This document shows positions 36,253 through 63,393 of a DNA stretch of 64,000 nt, piece after piece. The notes beneath the pieces were generated by a model, which had not been told where the DNA came from, did no database searches, and saw only the letters and a list, made by a program, of their open reading frames with translations. How positions within the stretch are numbered: the first letter of the stretch is position 1; every line of letters starts with the position of its first letter. The stretch is taken from the NCBI GenBank assembly GCA_030141605.1, contig JAQGDQ010000326.1, positions 1 through 64,000 on the forward strand, read 5' to 3'. The translations under genes were made by a program, and so were the position numbers. This DNA comes from Tubiluchus corallicola (lineage: Eukaryota > Animalia > Priapulida).

Positions 36253-39200
36253 CGACTGTGATCTTATCTTGGTAATGAGCAAGTGTATGCGTTATCATAA
36301 AATTTGAGCATATTTGTCAGTGGTTAATTTGTGTTCTCTTGCACCTAGGCTAGCATGCTGTTAGTCGGAATGAGGTGACAGAAAATCATTGCAATTCAGT
36401 TATTGCTGCGCGATACTAATAGCCTGATTTTCTGGTATCATCATCATCCGATCAGCTATAGTTATTGAATTCTGATTGTTCTTGAAACTCGAACTGCATT
36501 TCTTAAATTGTTTATTTTGGAAGAGTAAGTTGTTCAGTCACAGATTATCAACTGCAACTGATTTGTTTCAGCTGTTGTCTTTTTTGAATTTACAACCTCA
36601 AAACAAAACATGCTTATGGTAATCAAAACTAAACATACCTGCAGTAAATGATTTTAATTAGCATGTGTATCAAGCAGGAGAAATGTAAACCTGTTTACAG
36701 TTCGATTAGTGAAATTAATCTGAATAAATAACTTATTCTGATAATGCTGATTCGTGAGCGTGCCCTGCCATTAATTATAGTTCATATGATTCATTGTGTG
36801 GGTTGGTATGTGTCCTTTTTTCTAATTTTTGCATTTATGGCATATAGTCTCGCGTCTCATACAAAGTCTAAGAGTCTGAGCATAGTTATACACTGCTGTA
36901 TGATAGCAAAACTTTCTTTATCTTGTTGTTTAGTATGTTTCTTTCTTTTGTGCTGGTATTACAGTCCTCAACACACAAGGCAACCACAGTCATCAAATGC
37001 TTTGTTGGGCCAGAAAGGCAAGGTCATCCCTTTACTTTCTTACCAACTGCATTACAGCTGTTCTCTATGCTTGGACTGCCTAAATGCAAAAATTAATACT
37101 CTTATGTATAGTAAAGAAACATAACGGTGCAATGACTATAGGGGGTTAGTTGATATGCATGTAGTTAATTGGCTATTGTTATATTTAGTTGCTTTCAATC
37201 TTTCATCTAGTCTTGTGTTAGATCATCATGTGTTTGCATACAGGGGCCATGGTTTGTAGGCATTTTTATTAAGAACGTTTATTGCTGTCATGGTTTTTAT
37301 ATATATTGGATTGTCTGTTACTGCTGTCTCGACATTTAGAAAGAAATTGTCAAATCGTATTGAGCAAATTTCGCTGTCCATCATTTGTTTTAAATAACTT
37401 GAGAGTAGCATTTTTCTGTTTTGTTTTTACCAGTTAATTCTTTCTAAATGACAAATAACATACAGCCGAATTTTCTCATTGTCCCATTTTACAGGCTTTT
37501 AGTTCCAAATTCATCTCAGGATTGAGAATAACGCAAATGATGTATAGAATAATAGATGTTATTGTTGTATACCTAGTGCACTCTGTCTTTCACTAATTTT
37601 GTGTACTGTGTAGTCATATAATGCATTCAGGTGACTAAGTATACTCCGAAGTGTAAAGTGGTTTCCCTATTTTTGTCGACTGTCCATGTTTATCAGTTCA
37701 TTTGTGCAGTTTGTGATATATAAGTGGTATTGATATTAGGGTGATAAAGGTTTTTACTTTTTTTAACACAAGTAGTTGAGTTTTCCTCACAGCTTATCAT
37801 AGGTACAAGCAGGTATAAGACACTGAATTATGTATAGGTAACTCGAATATTGGGTTAAAGTGCTTTTGGCCAAAATGTTTCAACTTGCAGAATTGTTTCT
37901 CATTTGCTTTTTTATGAAATAGCTGTAACACTTCGTTTTGTGACTTGGTGTGCCTAATATTAATGCACTTTTTGTTTAAAGAAGCATAGCACATTTAAAT
38001 GAAATTTAAAGCACTTGCAAAAAATTGACGGAGTTGTCATCATTGTCTATATATGTTTATCACCTGTCGATGAAGTGTGCATAGGAGAGATGACAATATT
38101 GTCTTCAAATCATGAATTTTATTCTTTAAGAGATATCTAGAAACAATAACCTCAATTTGTTGGTGTACAGTAAGGTCACCAGAGATTTTATAATTTATGT
38201 TGCTACAGTCGAATTGAACAACGTGTATTTCATGTAAACTTCACTGGCTGTTACAGTGAAGAATTGATCTGTGATAAAATGAACTAAAGTGTGTGATTTA
38301 TTCTAAATATCATTTGCTTTATGATTGTTTCAGTTTCATTCACTTTCTTTCTTCTTGTGGATATACCCCTTCATCTGTATTTTTCAGTAATGCACAACAA
38401 TGATAAGGTAGTTTCACAATGCATCACTAATTTACTAAATTTAATCCTGGTCAGTAATTATATGAAACTATAAAGTATTGATGAGACTTTTCATAATGCT
38501 TTCTTCAAGTTGTGCCATGTTCTTTTTGTAATACTTTCCACCCATTATTATGCATGATAATCTGAAGCAATCACCAAGCAATATGCAGCTGTGAATGCTA
38601 TAATTATAAAAAATTCTTAACTATGATTTTCACTTTAAATTTTAATGTTGAAACTTTGTGCATTGTTTTATATAAGACAGGATTGACACAGCTAACATGT
38701 TATAGATTTTTTTCATTTAAGTAACAATATGCTGTTATAAACTAAGCAGTTAATTTTCATTTGCTAGGTTTTTACCACAACTGGGTTGATTATATGCATA
38801 CAGTATAATTGATTGCCAATAACTATTTATCCCACGTGTTTAATTGACATTTCAGTTCTGTTTTTACTTTTGTTTAGGTAAACGTGTGCTGATTATGTTT
38901 TGCTATTATTTTGTTGATGGTTTCCTATTTAGTAAAAAAAAATTGATTTTAATATGCACAAAGTCATTTCTATCTGGATTTTAATTATTGCTAAACTGGA
39001 TTGTGCATCTGATTCTTTTCACATTATGATTTTTTTTTCATTTAGCTTTGATTACAGTGGAGTAAATGTTGATGTAAGTTGTTGTAACTGAGATTTGTGT
39101 AGCTATTAGGAAAATGATTAAGTATTGTGTGAGAACCATTCTTTAGAACTTCACTGTTTTTTTATTCTTGACGATTATAAAAGTTGACCACCTGTTCTGC

Positions 39201-39734
39201 AGGTGTACTTTATCGTAAATTTGCTTTGAACAATGTGTAACAGTTAATTTTGTGCCTCTTGCTTAGATTTATGAACCATTTTTGTTGCTGTTTCTTTGAG
39301 TATTTTGTTTCTGATCATGCTAGGTTCTCTGCATTTATTGAGGGGTGTAGCCACACGACAAGACATCCAATGTTATTTAAACTCCATGATGGTTTTATGA
39401 TTGTTGAGTATTTGCTGAATAATCACTGGCAGTTTCACACCTCAGCAAATCCGCTATACAAGGTTTTAGATACGTGAAAGTATATTTCTAACGAAACTGA
39501 AATAACCACTACGTTCTTTTCAAATATGCGTCACTTAAGGAACATAAACTGACGGTTTTCGGTACATTTGACGTCTTTTATTCAGCTTGTTGGACGTCAC
39601 CTTTAATTTTTGTTATGTGACTTCCTTTTATTTCATAACATTGTAAATTTCATTTGAGGAGATCCGGCGCTTTTTGTTAGTGTATGTAAAATAATTTCGG
39701 ATTTTAATTATTAAGTTATGTTTCACACGACTTT

Positions 39735-40292
39735 GTACCACCATGGAGCTCAGTTAGCTTTAATATCTATAATCTTAACTTCAAGGTTATATATTAAAGA
39801 TGGGAATAAACCAAGAAATTAATGTTTTTTAAATCAAATTTTATCGAAATTGGACATGTGAAAAACTCGTTACACCACCTGATTTGAACCATGGACCATT
39901 GGAAATAAATTATCAGCTTTTTGACTACGCTACCCTGTAATTATGGCAGGTCTTAATCTAATCGTAATAGTCACCAACCATCCAGTGCTTCCAAGCGTTA
40001 ACTTATTAGCTAATGTATTTACTAATTAGTTTGTATTTATAATTATTAATTAGTTAGTAATTACTCCAGTATGTGTATATTAACGGTCAGAAATGCTGGA
40101 TTGGTTAGTGGGCTGTTAGGATTGAATTAAGACATGCCGTTATCACAACGGACTGTGTGGTCCAATGCTGAAAGCATAATCCAAAGATCTAACCCAATCC
40201 AATCTTTTTAAAATTCCCTCTTTTTGGTCAGATTTGCTTTAAAAACCAATAGTTTGTCTAATCCATTTTCAGCTAAGTGAGTTATCGTGGTG
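39735..40292. repeat. ~560-bp degenerate foldback element with tRNA-like arms around an AT-rich centre
   Basis: GGCAGGTCTTAATCTAATCGTAATAGTCACCAACCATCCAG (39945-39985) is complementary to CTGGATTGGTTAGTGGGCTGTTAGGATTGAATTAAGACATGCC (40096-40138). The outer CACCATGGAGCTCAGTTAGCT pairs with AGCTAAGTGAGTTATCGTGGTG. Confidence 0.65.
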
Positions 40293-40569
40293 ATGGGCGT
40301 CAGTCACTATTCAGCATTTACTATAGTTGTGTGATGTGTACATAAAGTGGCCCTTGTATTTTTACCTGACTTTGATGGCTGTCTTGTGTTTTATTGGACT
40401 GTAAATAAAGATTTTAGGCAAACCCTTCTACTATATATAATTATTGCAAAATTTGCCTTTCGTGTTTTGTTTTCGTGTGCTATCATTTTTCATGTACAGA
40501 CAGACGACACAGCGTAATTTTCGTAATTGTACTGCTATAATAACAATACGTGCACTGTATGTACTCTAA

Positions 40570-40820
40570 TGATAATTTATTTGTAAAGCGCATAAATCGA
40601 TAATTATTGTCATCAGACATGCGCTATAAAACACGCCTACAATAAGAATGACTGCTATAAAATAAAAGCATACAATAAAAATTCACAAGGCAACTAATTA
40701 AACGATATAGGAAAAATATGCTTTAAGACTCGCACTAATTAAACGTTATAGTAAAAAGATAGGTTTTAAGGCTCATTTTAAAACGGTTAAAATCGGTAAT
40801 AGAGCGCTAAGTAAATGGAG
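40570..40820 (-). mobile_element. L2-type LINE 3' fragment
   Basis: The minus strand encodes RSITDFNRFKMSLKTYLF (L2-like ORF2 end), followed by a 3' stem TATAGCGCAT..ATGCGCTTTACAAATAAAT. Confidence 0.55.
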
Positions 40821-40979
40821 TAAAGTAAAAGTAAAAAGCTGTAATCTGTAGCACAAACTTAAAAAACTGAAGAACAGGTAACTGCACAGACAAAAGGAAG
40901 CTTAACTCATTCCCCTTCTAGTTACTATCACATCCACTTTGTAGATAATTTTTTCCTCCGAGTCACCAGCTTCATCCTC

Positions 40980-41320
40980 AAATTACTAATTAGTCTGTAC
41001 TGAATTAGTCTGAAAAATTTTGCATCGCACATGTGACTCGAACCCGAGACCTCCTGTATTCCGGGCAGCCATTCTAATCATTGCACCAAAGAGGTACCCT
41101 GACTTTCAGATTCAGGTATTTAAATGCACTATAAGCCACTAGAGCTCTGCAAATGAGGGATCTTAATCCACACTTTATCAAGACATGTTACGAAATCAGT
41201 CAGGTACATGCATTTAAGTAATATGAAATTAGTTTGTCTGAAAATTTTCTACTTTCACTGGGGTTTGAACACAAAACCTTCAGCATTCCTGGCAGTTCTA
41301 ATGGCTATTAAGTCGCCAGC
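40980..41320 (-). mobile_element. Two tandem tRNA-derived SINE-like heads
   Basis: Minus strand: TGGTGCAATGATTAGAATGGCTGCCCGGAATACAGGAGGTCTCGGGTTCGAGTC (41092-41035) and a diverged partner ending GTGTTCAAACCCC (41320-41260). Each is followed by AAAATTTT(T)CAGAC. Confidence 0.55.
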
Positions 41321-42944
41321 CTTTCATAATAACTACTTCCTCCAAATCCATACATAAATTTGTCTGTACTTTTTAAGGGGACTACTTTCTTTTCAGCATT
41401 TGTCACCATCCATTACACGATGATATCATGATGTTACCATTATAAGTAGATATTTACATATAAATTCATACATGCGAGCACTGAAATAGTCATGCTTCTG
41501 TTGCTTAATTATCTTTTAGAATTTAGATATATCCCAGCATAATCAGTGATTTCTCTTTTAGTATTTTATATGACTGCTGAAAGATCAAAATAATATAAAA
41601 GTTTTATTGAATTTGTATACGATTCAATTTCATTTACATTTACCAGTCCTGTGAATTGCATTAAATTTTAAAATGTTATAAGAGATGAAAAATCCAAAGT
41701 CACAGATTAACGATGATCTGGGCAGCATCAACACAAGATTTTCTTCCTGGTGCCTCAATAAAAACTATATATTAATGTTTTCTATGTCAAAATTTGTGCT
41801 AATTTAATGCTATCTGTGTAAATTATCATTGTAACTAGTATGCTCCTGGTAAATCTAGCAATAAATTCTAAATTTCTATTTTAAAACGTCACAATTGAAT
41901 CAATGACGCATTTGTAAAAAATTTACAAATGGAGCTGCATTGGATGTAAACGAACATTTATATGTCTTTGGAGCATAATGGTCTGAGATAGCTTACAGGT
42001 TCTTTATCAAGTCGATCTACCTCGCTCGCTCTCAACTACACCCTTGCATTAACTGCTAAAACTGTTCTTGTTTATTATCGTTACTATTGCAATTGCCTTC
42101 ATCGCCATTATAGAGAGGCTTGTTAAGTATGAAAGTTCTCGTTTGGCATACTTGAAAAAATCTTTCAGGTATCCAAAAGGAAAGATTTAGATTAATTTTA
42201 AATTATTTATTCATCCATTTAACGCAATACAACAAAATACGAGTTATACAATTACAATTGACAATGCATTGCAGTGCTGTGAGCGTAGCAGAAAAAATTA
42301 ACTTGTAAGCTAAGCTCACATACATCCACATGTTTCCACTGTCCCAGGATGTGATTTTTCACCAAATTCGAATAGAAAGGTACGAGTGACTGAGACAAAA
42401 TTTCAACAGGAAAATTAATTTGGTCTTGATAAACAAAATATCTGTGTTTTAATTATGTTTAACTTTAACAGCTGTAACAAAATTGGGGGAAGGGTCAGTA
42501 GAGCAATTCCGTAACTCAAGGTTGTGGGTGGATGCAATCGCATCGGCTCACAGTTTTCTGTACATTGTGAATGCAAATGATTTCAGCTACCTTCTGATTC
42601 TTCTTAAGTATAATTTTGTAGGACAGAGACGAAACAATTGAGTCATCCAATGCGAAATGTTCGAACCAAATAGTTTATTAGGTTTTCTGTTAGGAAGCCC
42701 AGTACCTTAGACATGTTAAAAGTGTTCAGCTAGTTTACGTACGCTTATTACGCTAATACAAACGTTTTGAAAGTTTATCAACTTACCTTTACAACAAAAT
42801 AACAATGGTAACGACAATGATGACGATGCGAATAACAACAAAACGATAACGAGTGAATAAAAATGACGTCAGCACAAATGCACAAATGGCGACGTCGACA
42901 ACCAAAATAACACAACTACAACAACATCTATTACTACTACAACA

Positions 42945-43176
<232 letters not shown>

Positions 43177-44565
43177 GAATAACAGCCGGAGCAATAACGA
43201 CAGCAACAAGAAGACCAGTACTAATAATAACAATTACGACGACAATAAAAACAAAAGCGGAAAAAACTTACAGAATAGCGGAATTCGAACTCTCTAGTTA
43301 AACAGTTTGGAAAAATGGTGCACAGTATGTCAGTTCAGATAATTCTATTGGCAAAGAAAATAATTGTTTGATCCGAGTACAATTCATGTATGTAAAATTA
43401 ACACATTTATAATCTTAAATGTTAAAGAAGCGCATGTATGTAGTTCAAGTGCATTTTTCGCCTACACCCAGTGTCTGCCTTAAGATATCGCGCATATTAT
43501 TACAGATTTTTCATATGTAAATCAAATATTCGCTCACTTAGAATAGCACCAAACTTTAGATCGATTTTTGTTGTGTAAATCAGCGTAAATTAGTATTAGC
43601 TGCCCACATAAATCACATGTTTCGGCCACCACTTCGTAAACAACCATGGTGACATTTTTTAGCGACATATTACTGAAGATAAAGGCTGATGCATTTTGTG
43701 TTTTTTATGAACTTCAGGCGACTTTAAATTAAATTTTATCTTTCTGCCTGCCTATCCGTCCGTCCGTCCGTTCATCCATCGACTATATATCTATTTATCT
43801 ATCTGTCTATCGACAAGGGACTCATGTCTACTCAAAAATGTGGGTTCGTGATTTGGAAACGCGAAAAAAAATTATTTTTTTCGGAATGAACCGTGGGCGG
43901 GAGTCTTCAAGGTAGATAACTTCAAATATTGTCGGTAATCCGGTGCCAAGAACGATAAATAAACAAGACTCCCGTCGCGTTATAAATCTTATCGGATGTT
44001 TGGCTTCAAACAAAGGTGCGCATAACAAATTATTTAACAAACAAAGGCTTGAACCCGTATAGAAAGCTCACGCGTGTGTACTCGCGTATTGTGTGACTAT
44101 GTGGGAACATAAAACATTAGGTACACAGTGCAAAGGCACACAATAATTAGTCAAAATACGCAGTATTACATTTCCGTTGTACACGGAATGAGGCAGTCAA
44201 CGTTTTCCTGGAGTCATTGCCTTTTTAATCAAACAATTGTTTTATTTGTGGTCAGTACACAATAAAAATCCAATGCAGGTTCCAGTGCTAATTCTTGCTT
44301 ATAATTATTTTACGGTTAATTTTTGTAACAGGCCTAGTTGTTGCACGCAGCTTAACTTAAGTTGATAAAAACTACAATTATTACACTTATTTGCTTGACC
44401 GAAGTACCATAACACTTTGGTAGCAACATTTAGCCCTATTATCTGTGAGAATTATTTTAACAAAATTGATAATGACATTTAGCTATAAGCGGAAATTTAT
44501 TTTGGGCGATAATTTATAAATGTGACTCATCATTGGCATTAATCTGTTCTGTATAAAGTGTAATT

Positions 44566-57339
<12,774 letters not shown>

Positions 57340-58473
57340 TGCGATAACTGTAAAAGCACTTCAAGAAGACATGAAGTCTTAAAGAACGTACATTGCACAG
57401 AAAGAACATGAAAATGTTTTGAAATCAGTTGGTTCTGTCATTAGTTTAAAATGTTGTACCAAAAACATTCTATAATATTAAATGATTTGAAATCCAAACG
57501 AGATGTCAATTATTATTAAACAATCCTGATGGAGCTTTTTTTGTCTGATGCTTACTTTTGTAATGAAATAAAATAAGCTTATGGACTAGAACTTTTAATA
57601 ACATTTGATTCTTCCTCTCTCGAATTTCATTATGTAGAAACAGAATGTTTTTGGTTTAATATTCTAAAAATTTGACGATTAAACCAGACGATTTCAAAAC
57701 GTTTTCTTGTTAAAGTGTTGTGCAAGATTTTGACGTTAATCAGTCTTTAACGTGTATGGCGGCCCTAATGGTAACAAACAATTAACACTTTAGGTGCATC
57801 ATTGACTTAGCTTTTTTAAAACATTATGTTAAATAAATAGCTAACATAAATTACTGCTGATGGATTTTTTGTATCGTCCAATCTCACAACGCTTTAAATA
57901 ATATTATTGTTCATCATAATAATTATACAATTTAGAGCATAAAGGAAGAATCAAACTTGAAATACAATGTCATTGTTACGGATGTTATAGAAATATTACG
58001 TGCAGGCAAGGATTGCCTGGTACTTGTACTTTTTCATATAAACTTTACTAACACATTAATCAAATAGTCATACTATTGATGTGATTGTTAAAATTGATTT
58101 GCTTTTACTTTCGCTTTGTAAACTATTAAACGTGACTAATGTGTGCATAGTCATAATTTATGTTTAATCAAGATTTGTGCAAAGATAGCAAATGGATATC
58201 AAACATTCTAGATGATTATTCAGTAGGTTCCTACATTTTGACGGGCACCAGGTAGATTTTAATGTAAATACTGCACCTGTTATATTTTAAATATTTTGAT
58301 TTATTTCATTGTCAGTTGGCATTTACTTAATCTCCCCAAGGTCATTACAAAACACTCTTGTGCATAGTTCAATCCCCGAGGCAACAACAGTTAATGAGAG
58401 ACTCCTAAATCCTAAACACAATGACTAATGAGCTATTACTGTTTTCGTGTTTTATTAATTATCTATTGTAATT

Positions 58474-58612
58474 AGTACCAGGTTACATTCTGTAGTTAAA
58501 AACTAGTCCGGAATGCGAAGTACCAGGTTACATTCTATAGTTAAAAACTAGTCCGAAATGCGAAGTACCAGGTTACATTCTACAGTTAAAAACTAGTCCG
58601 GAATGCGAAGTA
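58474..58612. repeat. Minisatellite, 45-bp unit, 3.1 copies
   Basis: AGTACCAGGTTACATTCTRYAGTTAAAAACTAGTCCGRAATGCGA starting at 58474, 58519 and 58564. Confidence 0.92.
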
Positions 58613-60719
58613 TTGGGCTGGTCGCTTATTAAGTTGTTTCTATCCAATTACCTGCATGGGTTAAAGCACAATTTACCACCGTCAGATAAAATTTAGAATA
58701 TAAAGTGACTATTGTGAATATTAAAAACTGATAAACTTATTATGTGAACGAGAACTGAATCATGGCGAAACAGACCTCTTTATAGAGTTACTGCACACTT
58801 TTAAGGACTTCAAGGACCAGTTTTCTGTGCTATTTATGCTCCATATTAGTCGATAAACATTTATAGAAGTGTGCATATGTATACCTTGATAGATTATTGT
58901 ACATGTATATAAAAATAAACGTAAATGCCTTATTTTATCCAGTCATGTTGTTTATTTAATAAACTGTTGCTGCTCAAATTACTTTATAACAAAATTCTAA
59001 AGTACTTCTTTTATTTTAACCAAATTATATATATAATGGCGGCTAGATGTCGCCACCACTTACCACAAAAATTTACATACAACTTAACATACTTTAAATA
59101 TCACTGACGCACATGTAACATATATAAATGATGCATTCACAACATACCAATAAAACCACTCAAGCAAGCGTCAAACTTTTTACTATACAAATGCTTAGCT
59201 AACGGCAGATTTGTATGAAAAAACGAAAGCGCAGACATGTTAAAAAGGCAATATGTACTTTGCTTTCGAGGCAATAAATTTGATAAGAAACAATTGCAAT
59301 TAAGGTGGATAATAATCATATATAAATTATACAGAACACTGGCTTGGATTAACAATGCGGCCAAAGAAAACTGCAATAAGTAACCAATACACTTTACTTC
59401 AAAACAACATGTAACAATAATTCTTACCCATAAATACACCTGGTTATAACTAAATAGTAAAATAATCACAGACTAGCGTATTCACTTTATTTATACACAC
59501 TAGTAAATACAATAGTTCATAGCAGTGCAGTTTACATTGTAATAGCAAGTATTAACAAGAATAGCATGGTGCATACAAAAAATTACCCACATTACATTGT
59601 TCTTTATCTCATCAAATGCAAGGGTTTAATTTGCATTACTAATTTATTTATATATTATATACATATATAAAACATCTAATGATAGAGCTGACGTATTTAA
59701 TAAAATCATGCAGTGCTATCACATGACAATTATAATAATATTATTACCTTTCACAATCACGAAAGTACAAAATTGGTAGATTGCAAAATCCAGTGCACAA
59801 CTAGGGTGCACTTTTTAGCTCTTAATAGAAAAATACACATAAATATGAGAGGATTCTTATCCTATTTTGCAATTTATGCTTGCTACATATAAAGCACATT
59901 GTTATTAACATGTTGTGTGAAGCAGTTTAAGTCGCTGAACTGGTGTTAAGCTTGCTATAGGGTGAACACAAGGTGCTGTGAGAGAGTCACGACAATTATT
60001 TACTAAGAAAGATGTGTTCTGCCACAAGCATTTGGTAATTGTACTAAAGTAATTAATAATTATCATTTAAAGACAACAACAAATAATATTGTTTTCTATG
60101 CCAGGGTTTTCACAGCTTGTTGTAATACTGCATGGGTCATGCAAATAGAAAATTATATGCAAATTATACTCAGTAATTAATATCAATATATTCCTGCAGT
60201 GCTATAAAATGTGATTTTTAGATAAACAGATGCAGAAAAACTACTAGACTGATTAAGTAGTGGAAATCAAGTATCATGCAAGTAAAGCAGCAATGCTAAA
60301 TATATCAGGAAAAGCTACAGAAAAATACATTCAACTATAAAAGAAATCATGAGAGCTTTTCAAGCAGACGAAAAGGGACTGAGTGATTCACAGCCTGATG
60401 ACTGCAAAGAGATCTCAAAAATGCAAACCAATGAAGTCATGGCACGTCAACCTTTTAAATATTTTCATTGATAGGCTTTTGTTGTTTTATTGTAGTTTGT
60501 ATAAACAGATTTTTAAAAATCTCAAATGAAAACAAAGTACGACTGAACACAGAATAACAGTTAAACTCGAACAAGTATTTCTGGCAAGTTAACATTTTTT
60601 GCTGAACTTTTATGCAACTCTTACGAAAACTGCTTTTACTGAAAATGAGGCGTAAAGCCGTGTAAACTTGTCTACTGAGATAAAAAATACCTAGAAATGA
60701 ACTAAAACTTTAGTACACA

Positions 60720-63393
60720 TTAACTAGCATAGAAGTGACTGCGGGCTAGTGCAGCTTCTTTATTCCATGGCTTCACACGTACTCTGTAGAATTTCGTGCC
60801 AACTGGAACTTTGAAACGATTCTGTTGCTGCAAAGATATATGTTCATTAAACTGTTAAGAAAACACTCAATTGTATGAAACTACACTTTAACTCTAGTCC
60901 CATCTAAGATTGGGTATTGAATATGATTTCAATACTGCGATACATTTTTTCATATTGCAACATGAATTGCAATATACACTGTATTACTGTTTTTAGACAT
61001 AAAGGGAAACTTACTATACCATATTCATTTAAGAAGGAGTCAATTTATATCACTATAGCGTCTGACTCACACAAGTAGAACTTGTAGTGAATATTTGAGA
61101 AATCAATCATTGGATGCTTTAATTTTATATGAATTTAAAGAACTAAATTTGAATTAGCATACCTTTTTAGCTTGACAGTACTCTTTGTCAGTAATCTCAG
61201 CTAATACCCACGACTTCCTAGACTCTCCAGGAGCTAAAAAATGGTAAAAAATAACTTAGCCAAAGTAAAACAAATCATTAATAAATACAGCTAAGTTCAA
61301 ATAGTTACAACTAAAATAACACACTACAATACAAAAACACTAAAATATGCACTAGCATGAAAACATCTTAATTATGACAAGAAAAATAAAATTTGGAAGA
61401 ATGTCATTTATTGTTTTTCAATAATTCTGGAAATGTGCAGAATGTTAAACAGTGACATGTAAAAATTGCAATAAGCAATAAACTGAACTAGATAACCATT
61501 TGTTAATTTTCACTTAGCAACAAGAATAGCAGAAACAAAATACACTCAAATACACCTACCAATCTTCAAAAACTTGGCTTTTGCCCAAATAACACTAAAA
61601 TAAGTAATGCCACATCAGGAAACTAACTTATGCAGATAAAAAACTACTAAACTTCCTTAACTGTATGGCACAGTTCCAGTTTGAGCTGCAGCACAAACAC
61701 TCAAACTGGACATTGCCAGAATCTCGCCAACTTTAATATATAACGTGCAGACTTACCAGGTTTAAGACCGAGTATATCTAAGCAATCAGAATGCAGAAAG
61801 TACATTACAGGTCCAATGTTAAACACAACATAATGCTCGTGCCTCTCATCATAGCAAAGCAAGACTGTATCTCCCACAGAACAACTGAATGATAAACAAT
61901 AAATGTTCTCATATAAGCAAAAGTACTATAAAATCAGAAAGACTTACCACACCCTTGTTAGGATGTAACAAAACTCCTAGAACAGATACATTTGCATCAA
62001 AAATCATTTTTTTATTCAATAGAACTTGAAAATGTTTTACAGTAAGTGCTGACTAAAAGACTCGCTTTGGGTTGGAACTGTTTTAACCCAATTAACCGAC
62101 TGATTCAATTAGCCAACGGGTGTATGAGTCATCACTCATCACCTTAGCGTGCACTGCAAAGGTCTTAAATGATTTTTAGAAAGGAATTAATGACGAAATC
62201 TCTACAAGCAATTATTTGAGAATATTAATTTATATAAGTGTATTAAAAAATGAAAATAAAAAATTGTGCAAATCTGACTATTCCACTGAAAATTACAAAA
62301 CTTCGTGTAAGGTGTTTCAATTCTTCACAAAGAAGTTGTTTATGAAATTCTCATACTGCTAAAAACATTAAAAATCTGTAGCTGTGTGCTGCATATGTTC
62401 ACGCAAAACACCTAGTCACCTAGTGCTTGAGCTGCAGTTGGTGGTGACTTGTTTCTTTTATGATAAACAGTGGGATCTCCAAAAGTAAACCACTGGGACT
62501 GGGCCAGTGATTAAATGTGTAGAAACAACGAGGTTAACTGCAGTGGGCAAGCAGGTGACAGATTCAAAGGAAAACCATTACGCTAAAATAATAGCACATA
62601 TGATAAGCATACCTTCTTATAAAAAACCTGTACCTAACACGACTGTTGCTACGTATAATGTAGTGCACAAAACGACGTAAAGATGACATAAAATCAAAAA
62701 AAGCTCGTTGGGCACACACAAGTGCCATATTTCAAGGCAAACTAAGATGATCTAAAAGTCATAAAAGCTTATTAGTCACATGAAAGTGTCTTATTGAAGC
62801 ATATGAAGCAAAAATATTGAGTCAATTAAAGGGAATTATTTGAGCAAATTACCGACAGTTTTTATATACATTTGAATAGAAGCAGGAATAACCATCATTT
62901 TTGAGTCAGTTAAGCAACTGATTCTATTAACCGTGAGTCTAATGAACAGTGCCTACTGTATCATTCTGAAATTTGTAAATATTTCTAGTACACAAACTTT
63001 TTACTATTCTTGATAACCGATACACACCACAAGATTATGCAGCCATCTTAGTTTTGGCATAAGAATAAACAATGCTAAACAATGCTTAATGATCTCAGGA
63101 TTAACGCAACAGTTCTGCACAATATTACACATAAATGTAATAAAACTTAACTTTCCAATACTTACGTCAAGAATGAAACTTTATCACCATGAAACATACT
63201 CGCTGATGTACTTGCACTCATAGACAACTCCATCTGTTGTTAGAAAAAATTTTTTGTTACTGGCATAATTAGCAGCACAGAAACCTCAAGTTTGCATCAA
63301 GGAATCATTTAGAATTTTAATCTGCTTATAGTTTTATGAACTTACAATTCTCTTTTGCAACTTGGCTAACTGCTCATCTTTGCTTCTGAGTGA
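60720..63393 (-). CDS. RB1CC1: RB1-inducible coiled-coil protein 1 (FIP200/Atg11 family), last five coding exons including the C-terminal Claw domain; gene continues past the right edge
   Basis: Exons (minus): 63393-63346, 63233-63166, 61884-61757, 61233-61163, 60827-60720 (TAA), phases consistent. Translation: ..HGDKVSFLTCSVGDTVLLCYDERHEHYVVFNIGPVMYFLHSDCLDILGLKPAPGESRKSWVLAEITDKEYCQAKKQQNRFKVPVGTKFYRVRVKPWNKEAALARSHFYAS*. This matches the FIP200 C-terminus (DERHDNY..YFLHSE..KEYCQAKKAQNRFKVPLGTKFYRV). Confidence 0.95.

Noticed and set aside
36744-37124. 126-aa hydrophobic ORF downstream of CNOT7
   Set aside because: No recognisable motif or splice structure, and its composition fits a T-rich 3' UTR. 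Most other short ORFs in the track were rejected for the same reason.
41035-41095. Possible tRNA-Pro(CGG) gene
   Set aside because: The acceptor and anticodon stems do not pair properly, so it is better explained as a SINE head.
42200-42720. Possible old minus-strand LINE 3' end
   Set aside because: The translation is too degenerate to assign without a profile search.
58474-58612. Regularly repeated 45-bp unit, CRISPR-like at first glance
   Set aside because: The units are contiguous with no unique spacers, there are no cas genes, and the context is eukaryotic.
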